Assembly: GCF_018977255.1 (NCBI RefSeq)
Contig: NW_024704762.1
Span: 9,300,001 to 9,364,000, forward strand
DNA length: 64,000 bases
Direction of reading: 5' to 3'
Source of the DNA: Callorhinchus milii
Taxonomy: Eukaryota
Below are positions 29,148 through 39,719 of this stretch, in pieces (within the stretch, counting starts at the first letter, position 1; each line of letters opens with the position of its first letter). A program made the translations under genes and the position numbers. Under the pieces are notes generated by a model. That model saw nothing but the letters and a program-made list of their open reading frames with translations. It was not told the origin of the DNA and did not search any database.

Positions 29148-30816
29148 GTAAGGTGAACATAGTGAATCCTTCTTGTGCTCTGGAACCCTACCCTGCAATG
29201 AGGGGCACCATATAACAACCTGTTGTCGTAGTTGTTGATTGGGCAATAATCCGAATTTTATCATTTAGCGAATTGTGAATTCGTTCCACTTTTAGTTTGG
29301 GATTGAGGCATTGAGCCGGGTCCATTTTTTGTTTGGGTGTGGGGTGGAGGGGGGGGAATTTTCTTGATTTTCCAATGGGAATGAAGGAAAAGTAAATCAA
29401 TTTGAAGTGTAAAACGATGGGAAGAGTGGGGGATAATTATGTGCTCAAAACCTGATTGATCTCCAGTGAAACACTGTCCAGAATCGCCATAGGCAGAAGA
29501 TTTGTTAATCTCTTCCCTGAAATGTATTGTCACAACAGGATTTTCTGTTTAATAATAATGATGATAATAATAATCATTGCATTTGATACAGCGCCTTATC
29601 ATGTCTTCAAGGAGTCTCAGAGCGCTTCACAGGATATACTGTGAAGTGAATTGACTGTATATTTGAAATGAAATCGAACCAAATCCCACCTCTGGCTGTG
29701 TGTTTCTAATGTGTGTGTGGGTGGGGGGGGGGATATACTGTGAAGTGAATTGACTAATTCAGAACGGTTGAGATGTAATTTCTCAGCAAATTGGCTGCTG
29801 TGTTTCACTCACAAAATACACAGTCAATCCACTTCACAGTATATCCTGTTGAGATGTCTCTCAAGGAACTATATCAATTGCAAGGATTATTATTGTGCTA
29901 TTGCTAACCAGGGCACATCTCTTTGCCAACAGTGACACGGGACAGATATTTAACCCTATTCACGGTTCCTCAACTCTCACCTCTCCTCCGTCTTCTTCAT
30001 TTCTTTTCTTCACATTCTTCCATCCTTTCCGCTCTCCTCTCTCCGCCCCAGCAGCCCCTTTTCTCAGCTGTGGGGTGCGTTGGGAAAGTGAGACGCGGGT
30101 TCCCGACACTGCACAGTAAACAGAAGCAATGTGAAGTTGTCTTGAGTTCCCTCACCAGCGTCTGAAAGTTGGAAGCGTTCCTGTTTGTAGTTCCATGCGT
30201 GAGGTCATGTTAAAAACATTGCAAAAACATGGAACAGGAAACGGCCAGCCAGCTCCAAGTGTCCCAGCCAAGTGTCCCAAGCCAACAAATCCCCCCAAAA
30301 TAAAAAGGTTACTCGCTCCATGGCTGTTTGTGGGATGCTGCTGTGCGCAAACTATCTGCCGCGTTTCGCCCACAAAATACACACTCACTGCACGTGACAG
30401 TATATCCTGCGAAGCCCTTCGAGGCGTCTTGATGATGTGATAAGCTGCTATAATAATAATCATCCTGGCTCTTGAGTTCCCTTATCACGTCTCAAAGCGC
30501 TTCACAGAATATGTTGTAAAGTGGATTGATTGCGTACTTTGTAGGCGAAACCCGGCAACCAATTGCGCACAAGCAGTCGTGGATTGAGTGACAAAATTAT
30601 ACATGAGTGCGAGGGAGCAAGAGGAAAATCAGCAGAGATACAGTCAGTAACACAGGACACAGGTTGTGAGGAGTGACTGAGCCCGACACGGAGCTGCAGT
30701 AACTCAGGAGGGAAGGGAGGGCGTGTGACCTGTGGGAGGAGATGGTTTGGGGAGCCCTTTGGTGTGTGTGCGTGGCTCTGGCTGTTTGCACTCTCTCTCT
30801 CTATCTCTCTCTGTAG

Positions 30817-30902
30817 GAGACGCGATTGCCCGTCAGATGCTCTCCCAGATGCTGCAGACAAACCAGGAGCTGGCGGAGATCAAGGAGCTGCTGAAGTCAC
30901 AG
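30817..30902 (+). CDS. COMP: COMP exon 2 (pentamerising coiled coil)
   Basis: DAIARQMLSQMLQTNQELAEIKELLKSQ; 86 nt; canonical AG/GT. Confidence 0.93.
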
Positions 30903-31104
30903 GTAATGTTTCCCTGACAGCTGTCAATCCCACCTGTGTCTCCATCTTTCCAAAGCCTCTCCTGTTGCGAATTGAGCAACAACAACCACGATTTGCATTC
31001 GCGTCGGGGAGGACGTCCTAAGGCGCTGAGCAAACAAACACACACGTAGAATCAGGCAGTGGTTTGTCCTGTGTTGTGTACGTTGCTTAGTTCTGCGACC
31101 TCCA

Positions 31105-31288
31105 CCCCCCCCCCAATATATGGTCACTCAATCCACGACTGTTTGTTAGATGCTGCTGTGCACAATTAGCTGCCGGTTTCACCCACAAAGCACACAATTC
31201 ACTTTCCGGTGTATCCTGTGAAGCGCTTTGAGACGTCTCACCGAAGTGATAAGGCGCTGTATCAAATCCAAGGATTATTATTATTATT
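31105..31288 (+). mobile_element. SINE 3' half abutting the COMP exon 3 acceptor
   Basis: GGTCACTCAATCCACGACTG...GTGAAGCGCTTTGAGACGTCTC...AAGGATTATTATTATTA. Confidence 0.85.
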
Positions 31289-31305
31289 TTTGTTGTGTTT
31301 TGTAG

Positions 31306-31357
31306 GTGAAGGAGATCGTCTTCCTGAAGAACACGGTGGCCGAGTGCGATGCCTGTG
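31306..31357 (+). CDS. COMP: COMP exon 3 (end of coiled coil, CxxC)
   Basis: VKEIVFLKNTVAECDAC; 52 nt; TGTAG| and G|GTGAGT. Confidence 0.95.
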
Positions 31358-31754
31358 GTGAGTGTGTTCTTCGATGAGGTCCAGGAGATTGGTTCAGTGA
31401 TGTCCTCTGTGTGGGTGGCGGTGGGGTGGTGGTGGTGGGGGGGTGGGGAGGCAGGTCAGACCATCAGTGTCTTGCTTCTGGGGTCTACCTTAAGCTCAGC
31501 CCCAATCCGACTCATTGCAGCAGGACGAGCGGTGGGGTGGGCTGGGGTGGGTGGGGGAGAGGAGGGGGTGTCGGTCTCAATGTCCTCACCCCAAGGCTCA
31601 ACACTCCCCCAGTGACCTCATGAGAGCATAAGAATTTGCTGGCGAAAAAAGATCAAGTTCACCTTCCACCATCCTGGCTTTCACACGTCCATCTCCCAAA
31701 CTATACATTGGATTGTATCCCGAGATATTATTTTCTAACCAAAACCTTATCTAT

Positions 31755-32000
31755 ACCTGTCTCAGAGACAAGGAGAAATGTTTTTTTTTTACCCAGAGAG
31801 TTGTTACAGTCTCTAATGCGCTGCCTGGAAGCGGATTCGACAATACTGTAAGTTTCAAAAGGGAATTGGAAAGGTACTTAAAAAGGAAGTATGTGAAGGG
31901 CTATGGGGTGAACGGGACGAGTTGGCAGCTCTTTCAAAGAGCTGGCACAGGTAAAATAGCCGAGTGGCCTCCTTCTCTGTTGTAATATTCTATGATTCCA
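31755..32000 (+). mobile_element. CR1-type LINE 3' fragment
   Basis: TTTTTTACCCAGAGAGTTG...TTCAAAAGGGAATTGG...CTCTTTCAAAGAGCTGGCACAG...GGCCTCCTTCT; related inverted copy at about 25045-25140. Confidence 0.65.
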
Positions 32001-32096
32001 TGGGTTAAACCCCTTGTGTATCTCCTGACCTCGCTGTAGGGCAGGGATGATTGGAAGCTAGGGATGTGACCATCTATGGTTCTCTCCCATCTCCAG

Positions 32097-32269
32097 GGCT
32101 TAACAAAGAGGGGAAGCATCCCCCGATCACCCAGTATCCCTACGGAGGCTGTGGCTCCAGCCCCTGCTTCCCTGGGGTCCTGTGCACCAATTCAGTCGAC
32201 GGATTCAAGTGCGGAGCTTGTCCGGAGGGTTTTACGGGGAATGGGACGCACTGCACTGATGTGGATGAG
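32097..32269 (+). CDS. COMP: COMP exon 4 (linker + EGF-like 1)
   Basis: [57 protein letters not shown]; 173 nt. Confidence 0.95.
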
Positions 32270-32542
32270 GTGGGAATACAGCACGTTACATTCCAGCACA
32301 GCACAACAACAACGACGACCGCCACCACTTATATAGGTCCCCCCACTCAGGGTAGCGTCTCAGAGCGCTTAAGACAGCAAAATACAGCCTAGCGTACACA
32401 TAACCCAACAACATCTACAACAGCTTGCATTTATATAGCTCCCCACGCGCAGGTTAGAGTCCCCGAGCGCTGGTAACTCAGCTCAATCCAGCAAAACACA
32501 GCACAATTAAGAGTGAGTGTGACCTGCGTCTCTCTCTCTCAG

Positions 32543-32680
32543 TGCCGGATGAAACCCTGCTTCAGACGGGTTCGATGTATAAACACGTCCCCGGGTTTCC
32601 GGTGTGAGGCGTGTCCCAGTGGCTTCACCGGCTCCAGGTTTGGGGGAGAGGGAGAGACCTTCGCCCAGATGAACAAACAG
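32543..32680 (+). CDS. COMP: COMP exon 5 (EGF-like 2)
   Basis: [46 protein letters not shown]; 138 nt. Confidence 0.95.
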
Positions 32681-32749
32681 GTGAGGAGCCAATGGTCACG
32701 GGCGATAAAACAGATCCCGTCAGCTCGGTGACACCGTGTGTCACTCACA

Positions 32750-32970
32750 ACAATAATAATTATAATAATCCTTGCATTTGATACGGCGCCTGATCACGTC
32801 ATCGAGACATCTCAAAGCGCTTCACGAGATACACTGTAAAGTGGAGTGACTGTGTATTTTGTGGGTGAAACGTGGCAGCCAATTGAAACTTGCCCGGCTT
32901 TTTGCCCTGCCTGGGAATCAAACCCAGGGTCCTCTCGCTTGTGAGGCGAGCGCTCTAACCACTACAGGAC
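32750..32970 (-). mobile_element. SINE copy with internal deletion
   Basis: Tail and tRNA head both present; central block missing. Confidence 0.82.
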
Positions 32971-33165
32971 ATTTGATACAGGGTCTTATCACGTCGATGA
33001 GATGTCTCGAATCGCTTCACGGGATACGGAATTGGGGAACGGATGTGGAATTTTGTAGTGGTGGGGGAGAGGGAAGGAGGCAGTGGGTCACTCGTGGGCT
33101 GTGGAGTAATCGATGGGCTCAATGTTACTGCTTTTGTTCTCTTCTCTCCCCGTTCCCTCACTCAG

Positions 33166-33243
33166 GTTTGTAACGATATTGATGAGTGCGAGGACGGGCA
33201 CAACGGGGGCTGTGACCCCAACTCCATCTGCACCAACGTACAG
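33166..33243 (+). CDS. COMP: COMP exon 6 (EGF-like 3)
   Basis: VCNDIDECEDGHNGGCDPNSICTNVQ; donor CAG|GTAAGT. Confidence 0.95.
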
Positions 33244-33692
33244 GTAAGTGATAGACTCCGATCGATTGATTGATCAATCACTTGCATGCTTCAGTGTAGC
33301 TGGGTAACACTGCTCCCCACCCCCCCCACCCCCAGGCCTTTGACAGCGTCCCCCCACACAGGTGTCTCACTACATTACAGAGCAGAGTTTGTCCACAAGG
33401 TTGAGTTTGTGGATCTCAGGGGTGGGGTAATTCACCTGTGTGCGTGTGGGTAAGGAAACTTGTCCAACATTTTGCCCTGACCCGGGAGTCGAACCCGGGT
33501 CCTCTCGCTCGCGAGGCGAGTGCTCTGACCACTACGCTACGGGGATCCCATTCAACAATCCTGCCGTGTCCTACACCCCTTGAACGGAAGGTTAACTGAA
33601 CGAGGTTGACGTGTTCCCGTTCAAGGATAAGCCCGGTTAACCTGGTGCCCGGCTGCTGACTCCTGTGTTTCTCTCCTTCTCTCTCCCTATAG

Positions 33693-33845
33693 GGATCATT
33701 CCGTTGTGGAGCGTGTAAATCGGGATACCTGGGAGACCAGACCCAGGGTTGCCGTCTCAAGAGGAGCTGTGCCAACGGAGCCCCCAACCCCTGCCATATA
33801 AACGGCGAGTGCAGCATCGGGCGTGACCGAAGCATCATCTGCAAC
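33693..33845 (+). CDS. COMP: COMP exon 7 (EGF-like 3/4)
   Basis: GSFRCGACKSGYLGDQTQGCRLKRSCANGAPNPCHINGECSIGRDRSIICN; canonical AG/GT. Confidence 0.94.
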
Positions 33846-34233
33846 GTGAGCACCCGAGGGGGCGGCGGTGGTGGGCGGCGGAGTGGTGGAGGGGAGGGGG
33901 CCAGGGTCTGGGGGGAGGTGTCTGGGGTCTGAGGGTGGGTTTCGAGATACAAGTGAGAGTCCGCGCTTACATAAACTGTCCGCAAGTTCAACAGACGTAA
34001 TAAGGAAATAATAATGATGATAATAATAAAGATGATAATAATCCCTGCGTTTGCCACAGCTCCTCACAGGCCTCTTCAATACATAACAATCCTTGGATTT
34101 GATATCGCGCCTCGTCACGTCGCTTCACAGAACATATTGTAAAAGTGGAGCGACGGCGAGTTTCGTGGGCGAAACGCGGCAGCCGATTGCGCACGGCGAC
34201 GTCCCACTAACTCTGGCTCTCGTTCGCTCCCAG

Positions 34234-34338
34234 TGTGCGATCGGCTGGGCCGGGAACGGCTACGTGTGCGGGAAAGATACTGACATCGACGGGTTTCCTG
34301 ACGAGTCGCAGGCTTGCTCGGAGCGGAACTGTCAAAAG
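34234..34338 (+). CDS. COMP: COMP exon 8
   Basis: [35 protein letters not shown]; 105 nt. Confidence 0.95.
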
Positions 34339-34503
34339 GTAGGAGGACGCCCCNGAGGGGCGCGGTGTGGGGGCAATGGGAGGGTGGGTGGTGGGGGGCA
34401 GAGTGAAAAAACTATGTGTGATCTCTGATCTTGTTTTCCTGGTGTATTTTGCAAAAAGTTCTCTCTTTTCTCTCGTTGCTGACCGACGCATTCCGTGTTT
34501 CAG

Positions 34504-34611
34504 GATAACTGTGTGATGGTCCCGAACTCCGGCCAGGAGGACGCTGACGGGGATGGGTACGGAAACGCATGCGACGAGGACGCTGATGGCGACGGAATCC
34601 CAAACGTCGAG
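34504..34611 (+). CDS. COMP: COMP exon 9 (TSP type-3 repeats)
   Basis: [36 protein letters not shown]; 108 nt. Confidence 0.95.
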
Positions 34612-34928
34612 GTGGGTGTGTGGTCGTCGAGAGGAAATCCAGCCTCGGACGGGCGGGAAGAGGGTCGGGGGGTGGGGGGGGGGGAGAGAATCACTGGGAG
34701 AATTGCGCGCAGCAGTGGATTGAGTGACCAAACCGAAGACAGAGAGTGAGTGCAACTTGTCCAGTGTTGCCTTGGGGGGAGATTGAGCCCTGAGGCTTGT
34801 GAGTCCAGTTAGAAACAGGCAAACTCACTCCGGATTTTGAGGCTGACCGGGGACAGAGAGGGATATCGCTGGTGTTAAGCACTGATGAGAGTAACACGAT
34901 CCGGTCTCTCTCTCTCTCTCTCTGGCAG

Positions 34929-35088
34929 GATAACTGTGTGCTGGTGCCCAATGTCGGACAGCGGAACGTGGATCAGGACAATTTCGGGGACGCCTGCGAC
35001 AACTGCCGGCTGACCATCAACAACAATCAGAAGGACATCGACAACGACGGCAAAGGCGACGCTTGTGACAGTGACATGGACGGAGACG
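34929..35088 (+). CDS. COMP: COMP exon 10 (type-3 repeats)
   Basis: [53 protein letters not shown]; 160 nt. Confidence 0.95.
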
Positions 35089-35214
35089 GTGAGAGAAACC
35101 ACGACGCAGGGAAACCCGGCAGCTCGAGGGGCGAACAACGACGACAACATCAACTTGTGTTTACACAGCTTCCCAGAACCCTCGACAGAACACACATCAC
35201 AGTAGTAGCAATGG

Positions 35215-35557
35215 CAATAATAATCTTTGCATTTGATATAGCGCCTTATCAAGTCGTTGAGACGTCTCAAAGTGCGTCACAGGGTTATACTGCAAATTTA
35301 ATTCACCGTGTATGTTGTGGGCAAAACACGACAGTCAATTGCGCACAGCAGCGTCCCACAAACAGTTGGGGATTGAGTGACCCAAGTTTTTATTTTATTT
35401 TGGAGGAATTATTACCCCCCGAAGGTGATCTGCCAATTGGTTAACAACAGGGTTCCTACTTTCTGCTGGTAAACAGGAAACTTGCCTAAGGTTTCGCCCT
35501 GCCCGGGAATCAGACCTGGCTTGCCGGCGAACGCTCTAACCACAACAGTACGGGACT
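35215..35557 (-). mobile_element. Near full-length SINE copy
   Basis: Colinear with 8071-8465. Confidence 0.85.
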
Positions 35558-35647
35558 CCATTGTATTGAAGCTGTTATTCCCACCCCCCTCATGCCTTCT
35601 CCTCTTCCCTGACCACAGGAGTGACGAAGCTTTTCCTCTGTCTGTAG

Positions 35648-35766
35648 GGATCACTAACATTCTGGACAACTGCGAGAGCGTTCCGAACCGAGCGCAAGTT
35701 GATCGGGATAATGATGGAGTGGGAGACGCATGTGACAGCTGCCCTAACATCAGGAACCCTGACCAG
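35648..35766 (+). CDS. COMP: COMP exon 11 (type-3 repeats)
   Basis: [39 protein letters not shown]; 119 nt. Confidence 0.95.
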
Positions 35767-35958
35767 GTAATCCCCCCATAGCCCCCCCCACCCACCCCCA
35801 CATTGTCCTGCCAGCAACGAGGAGCATTAAGACCAGGTGTGAGCGGAGAGAGATTTCAGCAAATCTGGGAACTGTTCCCACTGGAATCAATCTCCGTGGA
35901 TTTCCCAGGAGCCGGTCAGGAATCCGCTGATTTGACATTTGTGTGTTTTTTTCTCCAG

Positions 35959-36011
35959 TTGGATGTTGATGATGATCTCGTTGGGGATTCCTGTGACACC
36001 AACACTGACAG
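35959..36011 (+). CDS. COMP: COMP exon 12
   Basis: LDVDDDLVGDSCDTNTD; 53 nt. Confidence 0.94.
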
Positions 36012-36210
36012 GTAGGGGAACCGGAGCAAGGGGGGGGGGGGGGGGTGAGGGGTGTGTTGTTGTTGAGTGTGAGTTGTGTGTATATGTGTGTGTGTGAGCG
36101 TGTATGTGAGTATTTGGGTCAGTGTAAGTGTGTACAGGTGTGAGCGCAGGTGGGGTTGAGAGGATGTTGGTGAAGCTGTAATGTGTCTTGTCTGTGTGTC
36201 TCGGGGGCAG

Positions 36211-36404
36211 TGATGGGGACGGACATCAGGACACACGGGATAACTGCCCGACGGTGATTAACAGCAGCCAACTGGACACCGACTCCGACGGGCTGGGGGA
36301 CGAGTGCGACGATGATGACGACGACGATGGAATCCCTGACAACAAACCCCCCGGTCCCGACAACTGCCGTCTTGTCGCCAACCCCGGCCAGGAGGACCAA
36401 GACA
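36211..36404 (+). CDS. COMP: COMP exon 13 (type-3 repeats, poly-Asp, PPGP insert)
   Basis: [64 protein letters not shown]; 194 nt. Confidence 0.95.
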
Positions 36405-36760
36405 GTGAGACCCCGGGGTGGGGGTTGGGGGTTGGACAAGGGGGAGTGGGGGTGAAGGGGTGGGTGGTTGGGGAGATAGAAGAGGGAGCGAGAGGAATGT
36501 CGTTGGGAGGGGAAGGATAGAGACAGAGAGAGTGACGGAGCGGGAGAGTGCGTGTCTGGCTATCAGAGACAAGGACAGCCTTTGCAGAGAAAGCAGAGAA
36601 ATACAGGGAAAGAAAGAGAGAGAGGAAGGAAGGAAAGCGCAAGTCACTAAAGGCTCTACTTTACAGCGTAACCTGTGAAGCGCTTTGAGACGCCTCTAAG
36701 ACCTGATAAGGCGCTGCAGGGGTTCTTAGTGGTGGTAACAGCGCCCTCCTCTGGCCGCAG

Positions 36761-36939
36761 ATGACGGGACGGGCGACGCGTGCCAAGGCGACTTTGACGA
36801 CGACAAGGTGATCGACGTGATTGACATGTGCCCCGAGAACGCCCAGATCACACTGACCGACTTCAGGGTCTATCAGACGGTGGTCCTGGACCCCGAGGGC
36901 GAGGCTCAGATCGACCCCAACTGGGTGGTCCTCAACCAG
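36761..36939 (+). CDS. COMP: COMP exon 14
   Basis: [59 protein letters not shown]; 179 nt. Confidence 0.96.
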
Positions 36940-37389
36940 GTGGGTTTGGCCCCCAATCCGCTCAGCCGGCTCCAACCGACACGATTTCTGAGCCCTCACA
37001 AAGTGGTCGGTCCTCTTAGCACTTTAAAAACCCGGCGATCGCTTATTTCTTGTTAAGAAATGGAAATAGTGCAAATTAGGTCCGCGGAAACCCTTAATAC
37101 TTGTGGCAGGAGCTGAGCTTGTTGTTTCTCTCCGCGCTCCTCTCACTACGAACGCCGGACGGTGATTTCCTGACAGGTGCTTTGATGGCACACAAGATAC
37201 ACAGTCACTCCACTTTACAGTATACCCTGTGAAGCGCTTTGAGACGTCGCGATGACGCGATAAGGCGGGTGTGTCAAACGCAAGTATTATTATTATTTAT
37301 CTATTCCTGGGACTCGGCCACAGCCCAAGGAAACAGGAATGCATAGGGAATCTTTCCGTGTGACTGATCCTCGACGTTTATTGTTGCAG

Positions 37390-37438
37390 GGGATGGAGAT
37401 TGTTCAGACAATGAACAGTGACCCGGGGCTCGCTGTAG
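37390..37438 (+). CDS. COMP: COMP exon 15 (C-terminal L-lectin-like domain)
   Basis: GMEIVQTMNSDPGLAV; 49 nt. Confidence 0.96.
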
Positions 37439-37785
37439 GTAAGAACCAATCTCTCTCTCTTTCTCTATATATATATCTCCCTCTCCCACCTGCCCCCCCC
37501 ACCCCACCACCACCCACCCCCTTCCCCGCATCTCACCAAACTCTTTACAATATATCCTGTGAAGCGCTCTGGGACATTACCCTGTGCGAAGGGCGCTATA
37601 TAAATATCACAAGTTGTTGTCTCAAATGACATGATAAGGCACTATATCAAATGCAAGGATTTTTATTATTATAACTCCTCACAGTCTAGGCTAACGCTCC
37701 AGTAAAGTGTTGGTGGGGGGGGGGGGGGGAGTGGGGGAAACAGAATGCTGAAGGTTAACCGTGCGCCTCTCTCTCTCCCCGGCAG

Positions 37786-37982
37786 GCTACACCGCCTTTA
37801 ACGGGGTGGATTTTGAGGGGACGTTTCATGTGAACACGGCTACGGATGATGACTACGCGGGGTTTATATTCGGCTACCAGGACAGCGCCAGCTTCTACGT
37901 GGTGATGTGGAAACAGACGGAGCAGACCTACTGGCAGGCCAACCCCTTCCGGGCGGTGGCGGAGCCGGGCATTCAGCTCAAG
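37786..37982 (+). CDS. COMP: COMP exon 16
   Basis: [65 protein letters not shown]; 197 nt. Confidence 0.97.
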
Positions 37983-38354
37983 GTGAGGGCAGCCAAGGGC
38001 CCGATGTGGGACCCTCCTCACCACCGAGTTTCTGTGCTATGTCTCTATAACAAGGTGGTCACAAACTCCTGTTGACCCCCTCCCATAGTGTTTTTGCTCA
38101 CTCCAGTGATTCCCCCTCTCTACAGTGCACTGACCAACAACTGTTACATGTGGAAGAATGATGCTAATTGTATTGAGAAATACTTGACTGTATTCAGTAC
38201 TGGTGTTTAACTGTTGCTTCACATGTCGTGACCCAAACTATCTACATATCTCTAAATATTATTCTGCAACAGAAATCTATCGACACTTTCCACTTCCACC
38301 GTCTCCCTAGGGAGTCTGTTCCACATCCCTGATCTTTCTCCCTCACTCTCTCAG

Positions 38355-38527
38355 GCGGTGAAATCTAAGTCGGGGCCGGGGGAGCAGCTGAGGAACTCGC
38401 TGTGGCACACGGGAGACACCAGCGACCAGGTCCGGCTCCTGTGGAAAGATCCCAGGAACGTGGGCTGGAAAGACAAGACTTCCTACCGCTGGTTCCTACA
38501 GCACCGGCCGCAGGTCGGCTACATCAG
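38355..38527 (+). CDS. COMP: COMP exon 17
   Basis: [58 protein letters not shown]; 173 nt. Confidence 0.97.
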
Positions 38528-38709
38528 GTACACAGCGGCCGTTAGATAAGAATACTTGCCTTGCTTTTAAAGACCCCCCTCGGCTGTAAACGGGAAAGAG
38601 AAGGGGAAGTTTCTCCTGAAGTCCTGACCGCCAATCCTCCACCTGATCTGATCTCTTTGTCGTGTTATCACTGACACCCGCTCCCCTCCAATACCTCCCC
38701 TCCGGTGGC

Positions 38710-39003
38710 GTCCTGTATCTCAGCGGTTAGAGCACTCGCCTTGCAAGCGAGAGAGCTGGGTTCAATTCCAGGCGAGTTTCCTTACTCCACACACCCAATA
38801 ATAATCCCTCAAAAATAATAATTAATTGGTTATTTTCAATCCACGACTGTTTGTGGGACACTCATTGCTGTGCGCTATTGGCTGCCGCGTTCCCCCACAA
38901 ATATACAGTCAATTCACTTTACAGTCTATTCTGTGAAGCGCTTTGGGACGTCGAGAAGACGTGAAAAGCACTATATCATAAGCAAGGATTATTATTATTA
39001 TTA
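38710..39003 (+). mobile_element. SINE copy (head + tail) abutting the COMP exon 18 acceptor
   Basis: GTCCTGTATCTCAGCGGTTAGAGCACTCGCCTTGCAAGCGAG...GGTTCAATTCC head; (TTA)n tail. Confidence 0.86.
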
Positions 39004-39024
39004 TACCATATATCCTCGCCCCAG

Positions 39025-39164
39025 GGTTCGATTTTACGAGGGCCCCGGCATCGTGGCTGATTCCGGCATCATCATAGACACCACGATGCGCGGGGGGCGA
39101 TTGGGGGTCTTCTGCTTTTCGCAAGAAAACATCATCTGGGCCAATCTGCGATATCGTTGCAACG
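39025..39164 (+). CDS. COMP: COMP exon 18
   Basis: [46 protein letters not shown]; 140 nt. Confidence 0.97.
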
Positions 39165-39551
39165 GTGAGTAACGGGGGCTGCTTCATGGGAGGGGGTCAG
39201 TCAGGCCTGGCTTTTCCCACAGACAACAACAACAGATTGCATTTACACAGTGCCTTTCAGGATGGGAGGACGTTTGGGGTGCAAATCCTCGATTGGCACT
39301 GGACAATCCAGGATTTGCACCCAATCTGGGGGCTGGGATCAGGAGAGGTGGAGGGGCAAGGGAGTGGGGGGGGAAGGTAAGGGAGTGTAGGGGGAGGTAA
39401 GGAAGTGGCGGGGGGGTTACGGGAATGTGGGGGTGGTTAAGGGAATGTGAGGGGTAGGAGGTGACCAAAGGCACGGTCTGCGCTCTCAAGTCACCGCCCT
39501 TCAGCTAATCGCACTCGCCTTTTTCCTGCTTTTTTTTGAAAAAAAATCTAG

Positions 39552-39601
39552 ACACAATCCCAGAAGATTTCCAAGCAACACAACTTCAGTACCAGCTGTG
39601 A
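39552..39601 (+). CDS. COMP: COMP exon 19 (last coding exon, stop TGA)
   Basis: DTIPEDFQATQLQYQL*; the summed CDS is 2283 nt (760 aa); no N-terminal laminin-G domain and position between CRTC1 and UPF1 favour COMP over THBS3/THBS4. Confidence 0.93.
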
Positions 39602-39709
39602 GGAGAGGCAGTGGAGATGGCGGCCAAACAACAGACCGTGTGAAATCCTCGGCCCCTTTCCTGGCGCGGAATATGAACCTCTCACACCCACAAGCTTTGG
39701 AATTCCCTT

Positions 39710-39719
39710 AATAAATAAA
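39710..39719 (+). terminator. COMP polyadenylation signal (two overlapping AATAAA)
   Basis: AATAAATAAA about 110 nt after the stop codon. Confidence 0.75.

Noticed and set aside
33470-33545. tRNA-like sequence (also near 8400-8465, 38710-38770, 41185-41255, 60905-60965)
   Set aside because: These are SINE heads, each continuing into SINE body sequence and lacking a clean acceptor stem and Pol III terminator.
33416-36999. Long antisense ORFs over COMP exons
   Set aside because: Shadow frames of GC-rich coding exons running into intronic repeats.
29072-39601. Calling the thrombospondin THBS4 or THBS3
   Set aside because: The signal-peptide exon joins directly in frame to the coiled-coil exon with no laminin-G domain, the 19-exon layout fits COMP, and synteny matches COMP.
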